A stretch of DNA of 64,000 nt from Anthoceros angustus. Taxonomy: Eukaryota > Plantae > Anthocerotophyta. The DNA is taken from NCBI GenBank assembly GCA_010909165.1, contig MU008169.1:124001-188000 (forward strand). Direction: 5' to 3'. The notes beneath the pieces were generated by a model that saw only the letters and a program-made list of their open reading frames with translations, made no database searches and had not been told where the DNA came from. Shown here piece after piece: positions 13,851-25,969 of this stretch (positions are counted from its first letter, which is position 1; each line of letters begins with the position of its first letter). Position numbers and translations under genes: made by a program.

Positions 13851-14544
13851 AAAAGTTATGCCATCTCCACTATCTCTGTTGTTCAACTTTTTAACTAGTG
13901 CTTAGTCAGAATATTATAAGAACTATAGACAATTTTAGATTTGGAGCTTAGTTGCTTCCTCTTACATTAACCTTTGGGGTCCGTTGTGTTGGCCTTTCAA
14001 AGGTAGATGGGCTCACCCCATCACTTCTCCTTTAATAAAAACCAATTCCTCAAACATGCAAGTGGCTCACCTGAAACAAGGGAACCTCGGCACCAAGCAC
14101 TAAACAAAGGTTTATGAAAAATTATGGAACTTGAAATTCTGTTAAGCAAACTCCTCCTTCATATTAGATGAGTAGTGCATCTGGCACTCAACAAGATTTT
14201 CCATATTGCAAGCACACTCTGCAACATCGCCATGAAATACAATAAAAATTAGAGAACTTCAAAAACAAGATACAATTTGGGAGGAGAAGGATAGCAAGGC
14301 CAACTCAAGCCACTTTAGGGCACTGTCAGTCACTACCTTTTGGGTTTGGGAGTTTCTCTATCTGTCAGTAGTGGATGACACTCACCTTCTAGGGCCGGCC
14401 AGGGGATAAGGTTAAGGAAGCTTTCAAACTCTTCTCCTTAGAGCTCTCCCGCCTTAGTTAGAAAGTCAAGATCTTGAAGTGCAAGGTATGGAGCCCTTCA
14501 GGTGTTATGTAGGCTCTCTTTAATATCATGGGGGGATATTTTCA

Positions 14545-14960
14545 CTTCGTAGGGACTTCGCATTTAGTGTTCCGGTGGGGCTCCTTGACTTTATGCAAGA
14601 GACCGTGGACACGGCTTGGAAGGAGGATTTGGCCTACATTGGTGGCCTTTCTCTATTGGGGACCCACAAGTGGCATTTGATATCCTTTCTTTTCGCTTCA
14701 TGTGTCGTTCGGGGTACCTTATTCGAATTGCACCTTCCTCTCCGGCTTTTCTACATAGCGCGAGGAACTTCGACAACCAGGTCATGAAAGTCATCGACCC
14801 ATGTACCTTTGAGTGTACTGCTGGAGATGTGGTGCGGCGGCAATCGTCCCCACTTGTCGCGTTTGGGGGCACAGGTTTATTGGCCACGAAGGCCTCTGCG
14901 CCAGAGGCCTTTCTGGGAAGCTGGGCCCTCTCTGACCCTAACACTTGGCCTCGCCTTCCT
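14545..14960 (+). mobile_element. CRE/SLACS-like non-LTR retrotransposon remnant: end of the RT domain and thumb
   Basis: With frameshifts: GLRI..VPVG..FMQETVDTAWKEDLAYIGGLSLLGDPQVAFDILSFRFMCRSGYLIRIAP..RNFDNQV..GGTGL..ASAPEAFLGSW, typical of CRE-clade RT subdomain 7 onward. Confidence 0.65.
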
Positions 14961-15084
14961 GATAAAAAATTCTTGCATCTTGGAGGGGTTTATCATGCTG
15001 TGTGATACTAATCTCTGCACTTGGGTTTAGTTTTTTTATTAGCATTAATTAATCTAATTACTTATCTTTAAGTAAGTAAATAGG

Positions 15085-16294
15085 GGATAAGCTCAAGTAA
15101 TATGCTTTGGCATATTCCTTGCATATTATAGTATATTCTTAGGATACAATAGCTAAGTGGATAAGCTCAAGTAATATGCTTCAGCATATTCCTTACATAT
15201 TTTAGTGTATTCTTAGGATATTTCTGGCATATGCTGATGCCAATAGGTAATCTTAGGAATATGCTGATGCCAAGGGCTAGTATATATTGACCCTTCCATT
15301 GAGGACAAGCTCAGATCATAGCTTGTCCTGTAGATATGCAATGCAAGAGTGTAATGACGAGGCCAAAGCTATGACTCCGAGAGTGATGTGTGAGGAATTT
15401 GCGTGTTGTTTTTGTGGGGAGAGTGTGTTTGTGCCACGATGTGCGTGCTACTCCCTCTTGTTGTTATTAGTTTGCACCCATATATCTGCATATTAGATTT
15501 GTTTTGCTTGGTTGTTTGTCGAGGAAGTGCTTGTATGAATTCATGTGCTTACCTCGTGCGACAAGTTCGTCTCAGGCTTAGAGGAGGGGGTTTTTCCCTT
15601 GTAAGGCCCTTGTTTAAGGTCAGCTAGGGCCCTTTTATTCTCTCAGGCTAGAGAGGTTATGCCTCCTTTTTCCTCGTTTCTTGCAGATGTTTTCCAAAGG
15701 CTTCAAGCCTTTCTCCAGGAGAAGGAGTATGGGTAGTCGCAGCAGGCCCTACTTTTCGATTTCTCCATTCCTCGACCTACTCGAGCTTGCCTTCGCTCTT
15801 ATCCTAGGAAGGCAGTGTCGCACGAGGTAAGCACTTGAATTCATATAAGCACTTCCTCGACAAACAACCAAACAAAACAAATCTAATACACAGATATATA
15901 AGTGCAAACCAATAACAACAAGAAGGAGTAGCTCGCACGTCGTGGCACAAACACACTCTCCCTACGATAACAACACGCAAATTCTTCACACATCGTTCTT
16001 GGAGTCATAGCTTTGGCCTCCTCACAACACCCTTGCATTGCATATCTAGAGGACAAGCTATGATCTGAGCTTGTCTTCAATGGAAGGGTCTATATATAAT
16101 AACCCTTGCCATCAGCATATTCCTAAGATATACTATTAGCATCAGCATATGCCGGAAATATCCTAAGAATACACTATAATATGCAAATAATATGCTAAAG
16201 GATATTACTTGAGCTTATCCATTTAGCTATTGTATCCTAAGAATACACTATAATATGCAAGGAATATGCCAAAGCATATTACTTGAGCTTATCC
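15085..16294. repeat. Long foldback inverted repeat: arms 15085-15563 and 15816-16294 (479 bp each), 252 bp spacer
   Basis: Arms align as reverse complements along their length (GGATAAGCTCAAGTAATATGC.. / ..GCATATTACTTGAGCTTATCC), roughly 85-90% identical by eye; each arm contains a ~73 bp tandem unit. Confidence 0.95.
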
Positions 16295-16324
16295 ACTGAG
16301 CTATTGCTAACCATTGTTCTCTCA

Positions 16325-16870
16325 CGACCTGTAGTTATGGGCCCCCTCAACGACTCTGGGACCCACTTAGCTCGCTGTCCAATTGGTGGCTAGCGCATTG
16401 CTACACATGACGCAGTCAGAGACGTAATGTTCTCCATTGCTAAGGAAAGCGGATTCTTTCCTTTTAGAGAGCACCCATACACTTTGGCTAGCAGCGTTTC
16501 TCTCTGGGCTGACCTATTGCTAACAGGGTGGACCAAGTCTCTATTACAGATGCGGTTGTAACAAACCCTATTTGGGACACCGTCTATGAGCATGTCATTA
16601 TCAAGCCTTTGGGTTGGGCGGTTGAGGGATGCGCTACGGCCAAGGTTGACAAGTACACCTCCATGCAAGAAGGTCAAGCTTTCATTCCCTTGGTATTAAG
16701 ACTCGCGGGGCCATGGGCAAAGACTTTTCGAGGTTTATCAAGGCTTGTGCTAAAGCATACCACATCTGCAAGAACATTTAAGTCTCCCTCTATCTTACAT
16801 GGTGGCTTCCTTCCGGGTATCCATCGCCCTACAAAAGGTGTTGGCAAACGAAATTTTCAGGACGGCTTCG
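16325..16870 (+). mobile_element. CRE-like element C-terminus: CCHC-type zinc knuckle plus RLE endonuclease, degenerate
   Basis: TCSYG/PLNDSGTHLARCPIGG*RIATHDAVRDVMFSIAKESG..ADLLL..DAVVTNP..GWAVEGCATAKVDKY..AFIPLVL-ETRG..RVSIALQK, with frameshifts and a stop. Confidence 0.7.
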
Positions 16871-18020
16871 AACGCAAGAAATACAACATTCTGTTGATAA
16901 GTAAGCCCTTCCCTATTCTGGACGTAAGTAGTCTCAGGGTAGACGATGGGGAGCTAATCCTCTTCGCTTGGGGACCCTATAGTGGGTTGTCCCCTGTCGG
17001 CCTGTTGTAGATGGGACTTCCAATTTCTGCATATTTATGAAGTCTTGAAGTTCATGAACATCAAAGAAAATATAGCTTCGAGTGCATATGTATCCGGTAT
17101 CACGATTAAAGTAGATGGAGTTATCTGCAACCTTGCACGTTCTAAATGAGTCGACGTCACACCCAGTACACATGTAGGTCACCGGCCTGGATGAACGTAC
17201 AGTGGAAGTAGATTTCTATAGGTGCTCTCTTCTGTCCGCTGGTACCTACGCATAATATGTGCTTGGGAGGTATAGGTTTCCACAAAGGACGCTCTCCAAC
17301 TTCGTTAAATAATGACCTTACAAAAGACTGCTCACAAAAGATTACACCGGAAAGGCACACACATTCAGATCAGATCGGAAATGACACAGCAGTCCTGGAA
17401 AAACAGGGCCATCCATGTGCTCCTTCATGACGGCTGAAAATCCTCTTCCAGCTGCTCACTTGGCAAGATTCTTCGATGTTATCCGGGTGGGGCCTTGATG
17501 GCAGGACTGATGCCAGTTGTAAGAATCCCCTGTTTGAAGGAGACTAGCAAGTAAAAAATTAGCCAATGCATATCCTCACCTAAGCAACCAGCCAGAATAA
17601 CACCCGGGATTTCACCAAGCGGCTCCCGAGAACCCCGATGGAGGTGGACGAAGTGTAGACGTAGGGTGAGAGACATTTCGACGACCCAATCCAAGAGCTC
17701 TTCAATGGCGGTACTGACAGGGAAGAAAGATATGCTCACCCATGTGGATCTAGAGTACCAGGCTAGGGAGTAGGGACCCTCGCGAGAGAATGACATTGAG
17801 GAGGACAGCCACAGGAGAATGACCATCGGTAGAAACTGAGATGATCGATTGTCAACAAAACTTGTAGACTCAAAATTTCATGAGAAACGTTAAACAAGGA
17901 TATTCCAAACAAGTCACCTGTCCAACGTTTTGGGTGTTCGCGGATCGTTATTTCCTACGGGTTTACAAGTTACACACCAAATAATGCAAGTGGATGTAGA
18001 AATTCAAGCGTCTGTTCCCA

Positions 18021-18088
18021 AACCTCACGAGAATCACAAGGATAAACCACTCCAACCCTCACGAGAATCACAATGATAAACCACTGCC
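18021..18088. repeat. Two-copy ~34 bp tandem repeat
   Basis: AACCTCACGAGAATCACAAGGATAAACCACTCC followed by AACCCTCACGAGAATCACAATGATAAACCACTGCC. Confidence 0.85.
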
Positions 18089-18301
18089 GAGGGAACAGCA
18101 CAACCGGCTGCCATGTGAGCTTGCTGCACCTTCACCTGCGTGGTTTCTGTAAGCCTGTGAGCCTTACTTCAACTGGAAGTCAGAGTGAGACATACAAAGA
18201 TAGTAGAAGGAAGGCTGGTGCACCTGGAAGGCGTTGCATGAATTCCCAAACCTAGGACCGTGCAGGATTGCATTCAGCCAGTGCTGCTCTCCCGGATATG
18301 T

Positions 18302-18970
18302 TTACACCATGACCGTTATCCCCTCCTCGGCCACAGTGTTGACTACCAGTGCCAGTTTGCCTTCAAATTTCTCGTTCTTCCGAAGCTCGAACTTGACGCT
18401 GTAAACGTCTGCCTCTTTTGTCCGCTCGGCGAGGAGCCTGGAGATGACTTTACAGGCATAGTCATCCGAAAGGGAGCGCAGGGATTCCCTCATGTCCCTT
18501 GCGTTGCTTGTAGCCACGGACACCACCCTGCCTGTTACCCTGTGAGTGACCTTGGCGTTCACGTACTTCTTTGAGATGTACACGTCCAGCATGAAGGGCT
18601 TCATGTACTTGTCTGCCCGCTGACCCCAAGACCTCTTCTTGCTGGGAGCGCTCTGGTCTCCCTTGGAACGCCTGGTCCAGGCAGCATGGACAGTGAACGG
18701 GGCCTGCACACCATTCTCCGGACGTCAAACAATGAGGCTCGCCCTCAAGCCCAAATTCTCGGGAATAAGGGAGCAGCTACCAACCTGGATGGCCCGAGGT
18801 TGCCAACATTCCAGCGAAGACACCAGAGGGCAGGCCTGCATTGCCGACGTCCATGAAAGCTTTCCAGAGGTAGTCGCCGCCACAGCTGGTCGCTCCAGCG
18901 CAGGGCTATTTGGCCGCTGGTTCGCTGCAGGCGCCACAGCCTGAAGATGGGAGCATTGTAAGGCAGCCAT
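18302..18970 (-). CDS. Organelle-targeted uL18-like (ribosomal L18/L5e family) protein; exons 18970-18785 and 18703-18302
   Basis: AWTRR..SWGQRADKYMKPFMLDVYISKKYVNAKVTHRVTGRVVSVATSNARD..ERTKEADVY.. matches plant uL18-like paralogues; transit-like N-terminus; an 81 nt phase-0 intron (CAG|GTTGGT..TGCAG|GCC) removes the in-frame TGA. Confidence 0.82.
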
Positions 18971-19058
18971 AGCCGTGACAAGGGGAGCTCGGAAGGAATC
19001 AGGACAAAGGCTTTCACCTAAATCACGTTTTTCACACGTCTCTTAAAAGACACACAAA

Positions 19059-21994
19059 CTAATGGCGATCTCCACAAGAGCAAAATCCATCTACAAAGTG
19101 GTGAACCCGGTGTGCATCTCTAACTATGATCTCTCGCTGCTCAATCATGGACATCACTTTGGTGCCGGTGTGACAGTCATCACACATCCGGAGATTCTTA
19201 GTGACACGTAAAGTTGTGCCATCTGGAGTGTTCAGGAGACCGTATGCTAGAGCAAGTTTCTCAGCATGTCCGCACAAGGCATCCTCCTGTTCTTTCTCAG
19301 ACGCTGGCTTCAGGGATGGCTTGGTGAGTTCTGCTGGCTGGTTCAGCAGCAGATTCACACTCCTTAGTTTCGAGGAGATGTCAGCCCTTTCTTCACCCAC
19401 GCTGAAGGAATGCACCTTGCTGTCCACCTCAATCCAAGCCTTTGCAGGCATCTTGCTAGCACCTGCCGATCTTCGCAAGTGTTCTATTCTGTCTACATCC
19501 CTCCACCTCCCGGCACTGGAGTACAAATCCGTTAGGAGTACGTATGCGGCTGAATTTTGGGGTTTCAACTTGATGAGACGGTCGAAGCATCGCCTTCCAC
19601 GGTCTACATCACCATGTGTTTTGCAGGCTGTAAGCAAGGAAGTCCAGCCCACCTCGTCGCCATCAAATGGCATGGTTTGCAACATATGCTCTGCGTCAGC
19701 TAGGTGGCCACACCGTCCAAGAAGATCAACCATGGAGTTATAGTGATACAGGTTGGGTGTGATGCCATAATCTTCCACCATCATCTTGAAATACTGCTGT
19801 CCCTCGTTCACGAGACCCTCGTGGCTGCAGGCCACCAGTAGGCAGGTGAAAGTAGCATGGTCGGGTTCAACCCCATGCTGTAGCATCTCTTGAAAACACT
19901 GCCTTGCCATTTGGCTTTCGTTCTGTTGGGCGTGCCCATTCAACAAAGCAGTCCATGTCACGACATCGGGTCTGGGCAATCTGTCAAGCACTCGGCGGGC
20001 ACTGCCCAAACTCCCACATTTTGCATACATGTCTACCAGGCTGTTGCCAATGACCATATCAGCTTCAAGGCCTCTTTCTTGTATCTGAGAATGAAGTTGC
20101 CTTCCTTGATGCAATGCTCCGACACTGGCACATGCTTTCAGAAGGCAGACGAATGTAAACGGGTCTGCGAGAGTGATGCCCTCACTTTGCATACTTTCAT
20201 AAAGCATGAGGGCCTCTTGAACAAGCCCACTCTGAGAATATGCAGTGATCATGGCAGTCCAGGTGACCACATTTCTTGAGGGCAATCCATCAAACACTCG
20301 TTTTGCTTCCTCTATATCACCGCATTTTGCATACATGTCCACCAGGCAGCTGCCGACAACCACATCGGATTCCAGCCCTCTTCCTTGAATCTGGAAATGA
20401 AGCTGCTTCCCCTCAGCTAGAGCTCCAATACTGGCACATGCTTTCAGGAGGCAAACAAATGTAACTTGGTTAGCTGGGGTGACGCCTTCTTGTTGCATAC
20501 CTCTGTAAAGGCTAAGAGCTTCGTGACCTAGACCATTCTGAGCATATCCTGAAATCATAGAAGTCCAAGTCACCACATTCTTTGAAGACATTCTGTCAAA
20601 TACGTCACGAGCATCAGGTAAGCTGCCACACTTTGCATACATATCTACAAGGCTGCTTCCAACCACCACGTCAGCTTCCAATCCTCTTTCCTGAATTTTA
20701 CGATGGAGCTGTTTGCCCTCACTTAGAGCTCCAATGCTGGCACACGCTTTAAGGAGACATACAAATGTAACATTATCCGGAGTGAAGGACTTCTGAGACA
20801 TCCCTTCGGTGTAAAGCATAAGAGCTTCTTGACCAAATCCATGTTGGGCATACCCTCCAAACATGGCATTCCATGTCACCACATCTTTTGTGGACAACGT
20901 GTCAAACACTTCCCGCGCTTTGTCCAAGCTTCCACACTTGGCATACATGTCCACCAAAGAGTTGCAAACAAGTCTGTCTGGCTCCTCAGCACTCTTGAGA
21001 ACGTCAGCATGAACTCGCTTGCCAAACGCCAAATCCTTTGCACCAGCACAAGCTTTCAGCACTGCCACAAATGTATAGTTACTCGGCTTCACCGTGGACT
21101 CTAGCATGCGTTGATACAAACTTATAGCCTGTGCAGGCTGCTGACGCTCAGCATGCGCCCAGATGATGGAATCCCACATAAAGGAATCTGGCGCAGCCAG
21201 CTTGCTGAACACCTGCATTGCTTCCTGGAGTCTCCCATGAGAAGCATACATGCGGATCAGGTGGTTGGCCAGAAACGTGTTTGACTCATACCCGATTGCA
21301 AGAGTAAGATCATGAACACGTTTGCCAACAACCAAATCTTTCCTCGAAATGCAACCTTTAAGAACATGATACAAGAGCGATCCTGCAACATACGACCCTC
21401 CCTGCGCGAAGATGTTCAAGACCTGGACTGCCTCACAGAGCTTTCCCTCCTCACATATTTTCGTCCAGAGTCCAACCTCAAAAGCCCCTCCATCCCGTGT
21501 TCTCACCCTGCAAAACGGGCAGGAGTGTGAGTGCTCATTCCAAGCCTACAAGACCCCAATCGAAGGATCCAAAGTCGAAGACCAGACCTCCCAGGGGCTC
21601 TGACCGCGATCCCAGGCTGTACTCCTTGTCCTCGTTCCTTGACCCAGGAAGGCTGCACCTGAACCCGCAGGGCGTTCCTCGTCACGCTGTGCAGGGAGTC
21701 CGAAGAGTTCAGGATTTTCTGCAAGTTGCAACAATTAAATGCCCCAACAACATCTACCTCGTAGCCATGCTTAAGGCACCAATCTGTGACATGAATTACC
21801 TTGTTCAACCTCTTGTCCCAGAACTGCAGTGGATCTGCAGCGAATCCAGGTCGCTCCACTGCGACCTGCAAAGACGACAAATGCCTGCAACATTCCTCGA
21901 AACCTCTGCTTCCAGTCTGCTCGCTGTCCACAATTAGGCAGGACAGAAGGAAACGCCAGCCCACCCCACCGCTTCTCTTCATTCTCCTCTTCAT
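19059..21994 (-). CDS. PLS-class PPR protein with E1/E2 and DYW:KP-type deaminase domain ending in DRH (candidate U-to-C editing factor)
   Basis: About 17 P/L/S motifs in one long exon (21507-19059); KMPAKAWIEV replaces the PG box; HAEKLA..CDDCH Zn site; C-terminal CSCGDRH*. Two small upstream introns are inferred, so the start codon is less certain. Confidence 0.93.
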
Positions 21995-22159
21995 GCGCGT
22001 CACAACTGCGTGGGCTTCAGCTCTGTTCACGTATTTTCAATCTCCTTCGGACCCTAATCAGGCTACGATTTCACTCCCCGATTCCCTCCGTCATAGATTT
22101 GAATGCACTCCCGTTCACAGCTATCCTAGTCTGGCTGCGCCTTCTGCCTGGCGCCCACA

Positions 22160-23343
22160 ATGGACCAGAGTTCGGGAGCATCTACGGCAGGAGATTGGGA
22201 CGATACCGAGTTTGGGGATGTTCGCAGCGATGCGGAGCTGCTCAATGCAGTGTGGCGCAATGAGAAGGTGGCACCTGAAATTTTGCCCGTCCGAACTCCG
22301 CTTGTCCAGCGGATTCGGGAGCGAATTGAGCTAGTGGTACGCCCTTGCATCCTGCGCGGTTCTATTACCGTGACGTTGGTTCTGGAAAAGCAGCTGCGTT
22401 GGCTGAGAGTCATTTGTTGTTGGTGTGCAGGAGCGGAGTATAATGGAATTGGAGGAGGAAGGTACTCAGGAGCTGGTTCTGTCCATGTACCGCATGGACC
22501 TGAACAGGATCCAGTTTCTGCTCAGATCATATCTGCGTACCCGGCTTTCTAAGGTATGCTCGTTTGCCCTGCCAAGCCTCGTGAGCAATTTGCGTCTCCG
22601 CTTATTTCCTTCATAGCTTTGTTCTTTGCCTGCAGATTGAGAAACATGTGCTGTACATCGGAAGTAGTCCAGAGACCTTCGACAGGCTGTCGGCAGAAGA
22701 GAAGCGGTATGCGGAGAGGTGAGCATCACCTCGCATGACCACAGCTCGAAGCCTTCCATGTTGCATTGTGGTGAGCTTGAAGTTTCCAAGTTCAAGCACG
22801 TGAGAGATCGTGTGGTGGAAGCATCATGCTGTGATGTTCATGAAACCACTGTGCACGTCGGTGGCAGGTATGGTGATGTTCTCGAGAAGCACTTGCACTA
22901 CTCGGTTTTGAACAGATTACCAGAGGGATATAGGAGCATGCTCAGGCAGGCGGACTCCAATGCAGAAGTAGACATGAGTATCCGCATTAGCTTATTGCAA
23001 CGCTTGTGATTGCGGTTCTGCTGTTTGTGTTTTGGCATCCTCTTTGTCTTCCTGCTTAACTTATACTTCAGTGCCAACTCCAAAGCTCGACACCTATGTG
23101 TTCTGCCGGAGTAAAGACAACATCGGATCCATCCAGCTGGATGAGAAGTAAGACACACTCTTGCTGCTTTCGTTGCTGTTCGCTGGCCTCGCGTGACAGA
23201 CATGTCATGGGTGCCATAACTTTGGACATGTGATCTTCTGCAGGGGAGACGAGACTGTAGACATGACGCCTGATGACTTGCACATTGTGAGATACTCGGC
23301 TGTGAGGAAATTGGCCGAGAACGACAGAGTAGACTTTGTCTAA
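22160..23343 (+). CDS. SLD5: GINS complex subunit SLD5 (6 exons)
   Basis: LLNAVWRNEKVAPEILP..MDLNRIQFLLRSYLRTRLSKIEK..LNRLPEGYRSML..PKLDTYVFCR..IVRYSAV; all junctions GT-AG. Confidence 0.93.
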
Positions 23344-23557
23344 TACGGCGATAAGGCACAGGAACAGCGCTTAGCAAAAGGTATTTCATGCCTCCCATTT
23401 TTCTTCAAATACTCTCTGAATGAGCCCGTTAAAATTGATAATTATCAAAATTGCACATGAAACCCAGTTGACTTAAGCACCTAGACTACAGCCGTTACTC
23501 CACCTCTTTTTCCCGTTGCGGTTTCCTGAGTTCTGGCTACATTGGTTCCTCCATTGG

Positions 23558-25734
<2,177 letters not shown>

Positions 25735-25969
25735 TTTGCGATTTGGTCCGTGAACCGGAAAGTTCTGCAGCTTTTCTACTCTATTTTAGCTTGGTGCATA
25801 AACCCACGGGTGTCGGACAAGTTCCAATCAGGGCTTTAGGTTTACCCGACTCTATCGCACGATGTATCCGCTTATAAAGCCCAGCTTGGATGGAGGTTGA
25901 GCGAGGAGCGATTTCATGAGACGAGCCAGTGAGCAAGTGTTTGGCATCGTGTTGCTGGAATATTAAGAG

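Noticed and set aside
15085-15230. Direct repeats considered as a CRISPR-like array
   Set aside because: Eukaryotic context, with ~73 bp units that abut without unique spacers; it is satellite-like.
16900-17830. Minus-strand ORF fragments of 67-115 aa after the CRE remnant
   Set aside because: No TE or cellular protein motif could be assigned by eye.
18725-18727. In-frame TGA inside the uL18-like ORF, tempting as nuclear U-to-C editing or readthrough next to a DRH factor
   Set aside because: It lies in an 81 nt phase-0 GT-AG intron (18784-18704) and forms part of the TTTGAC branch-point-like motif.
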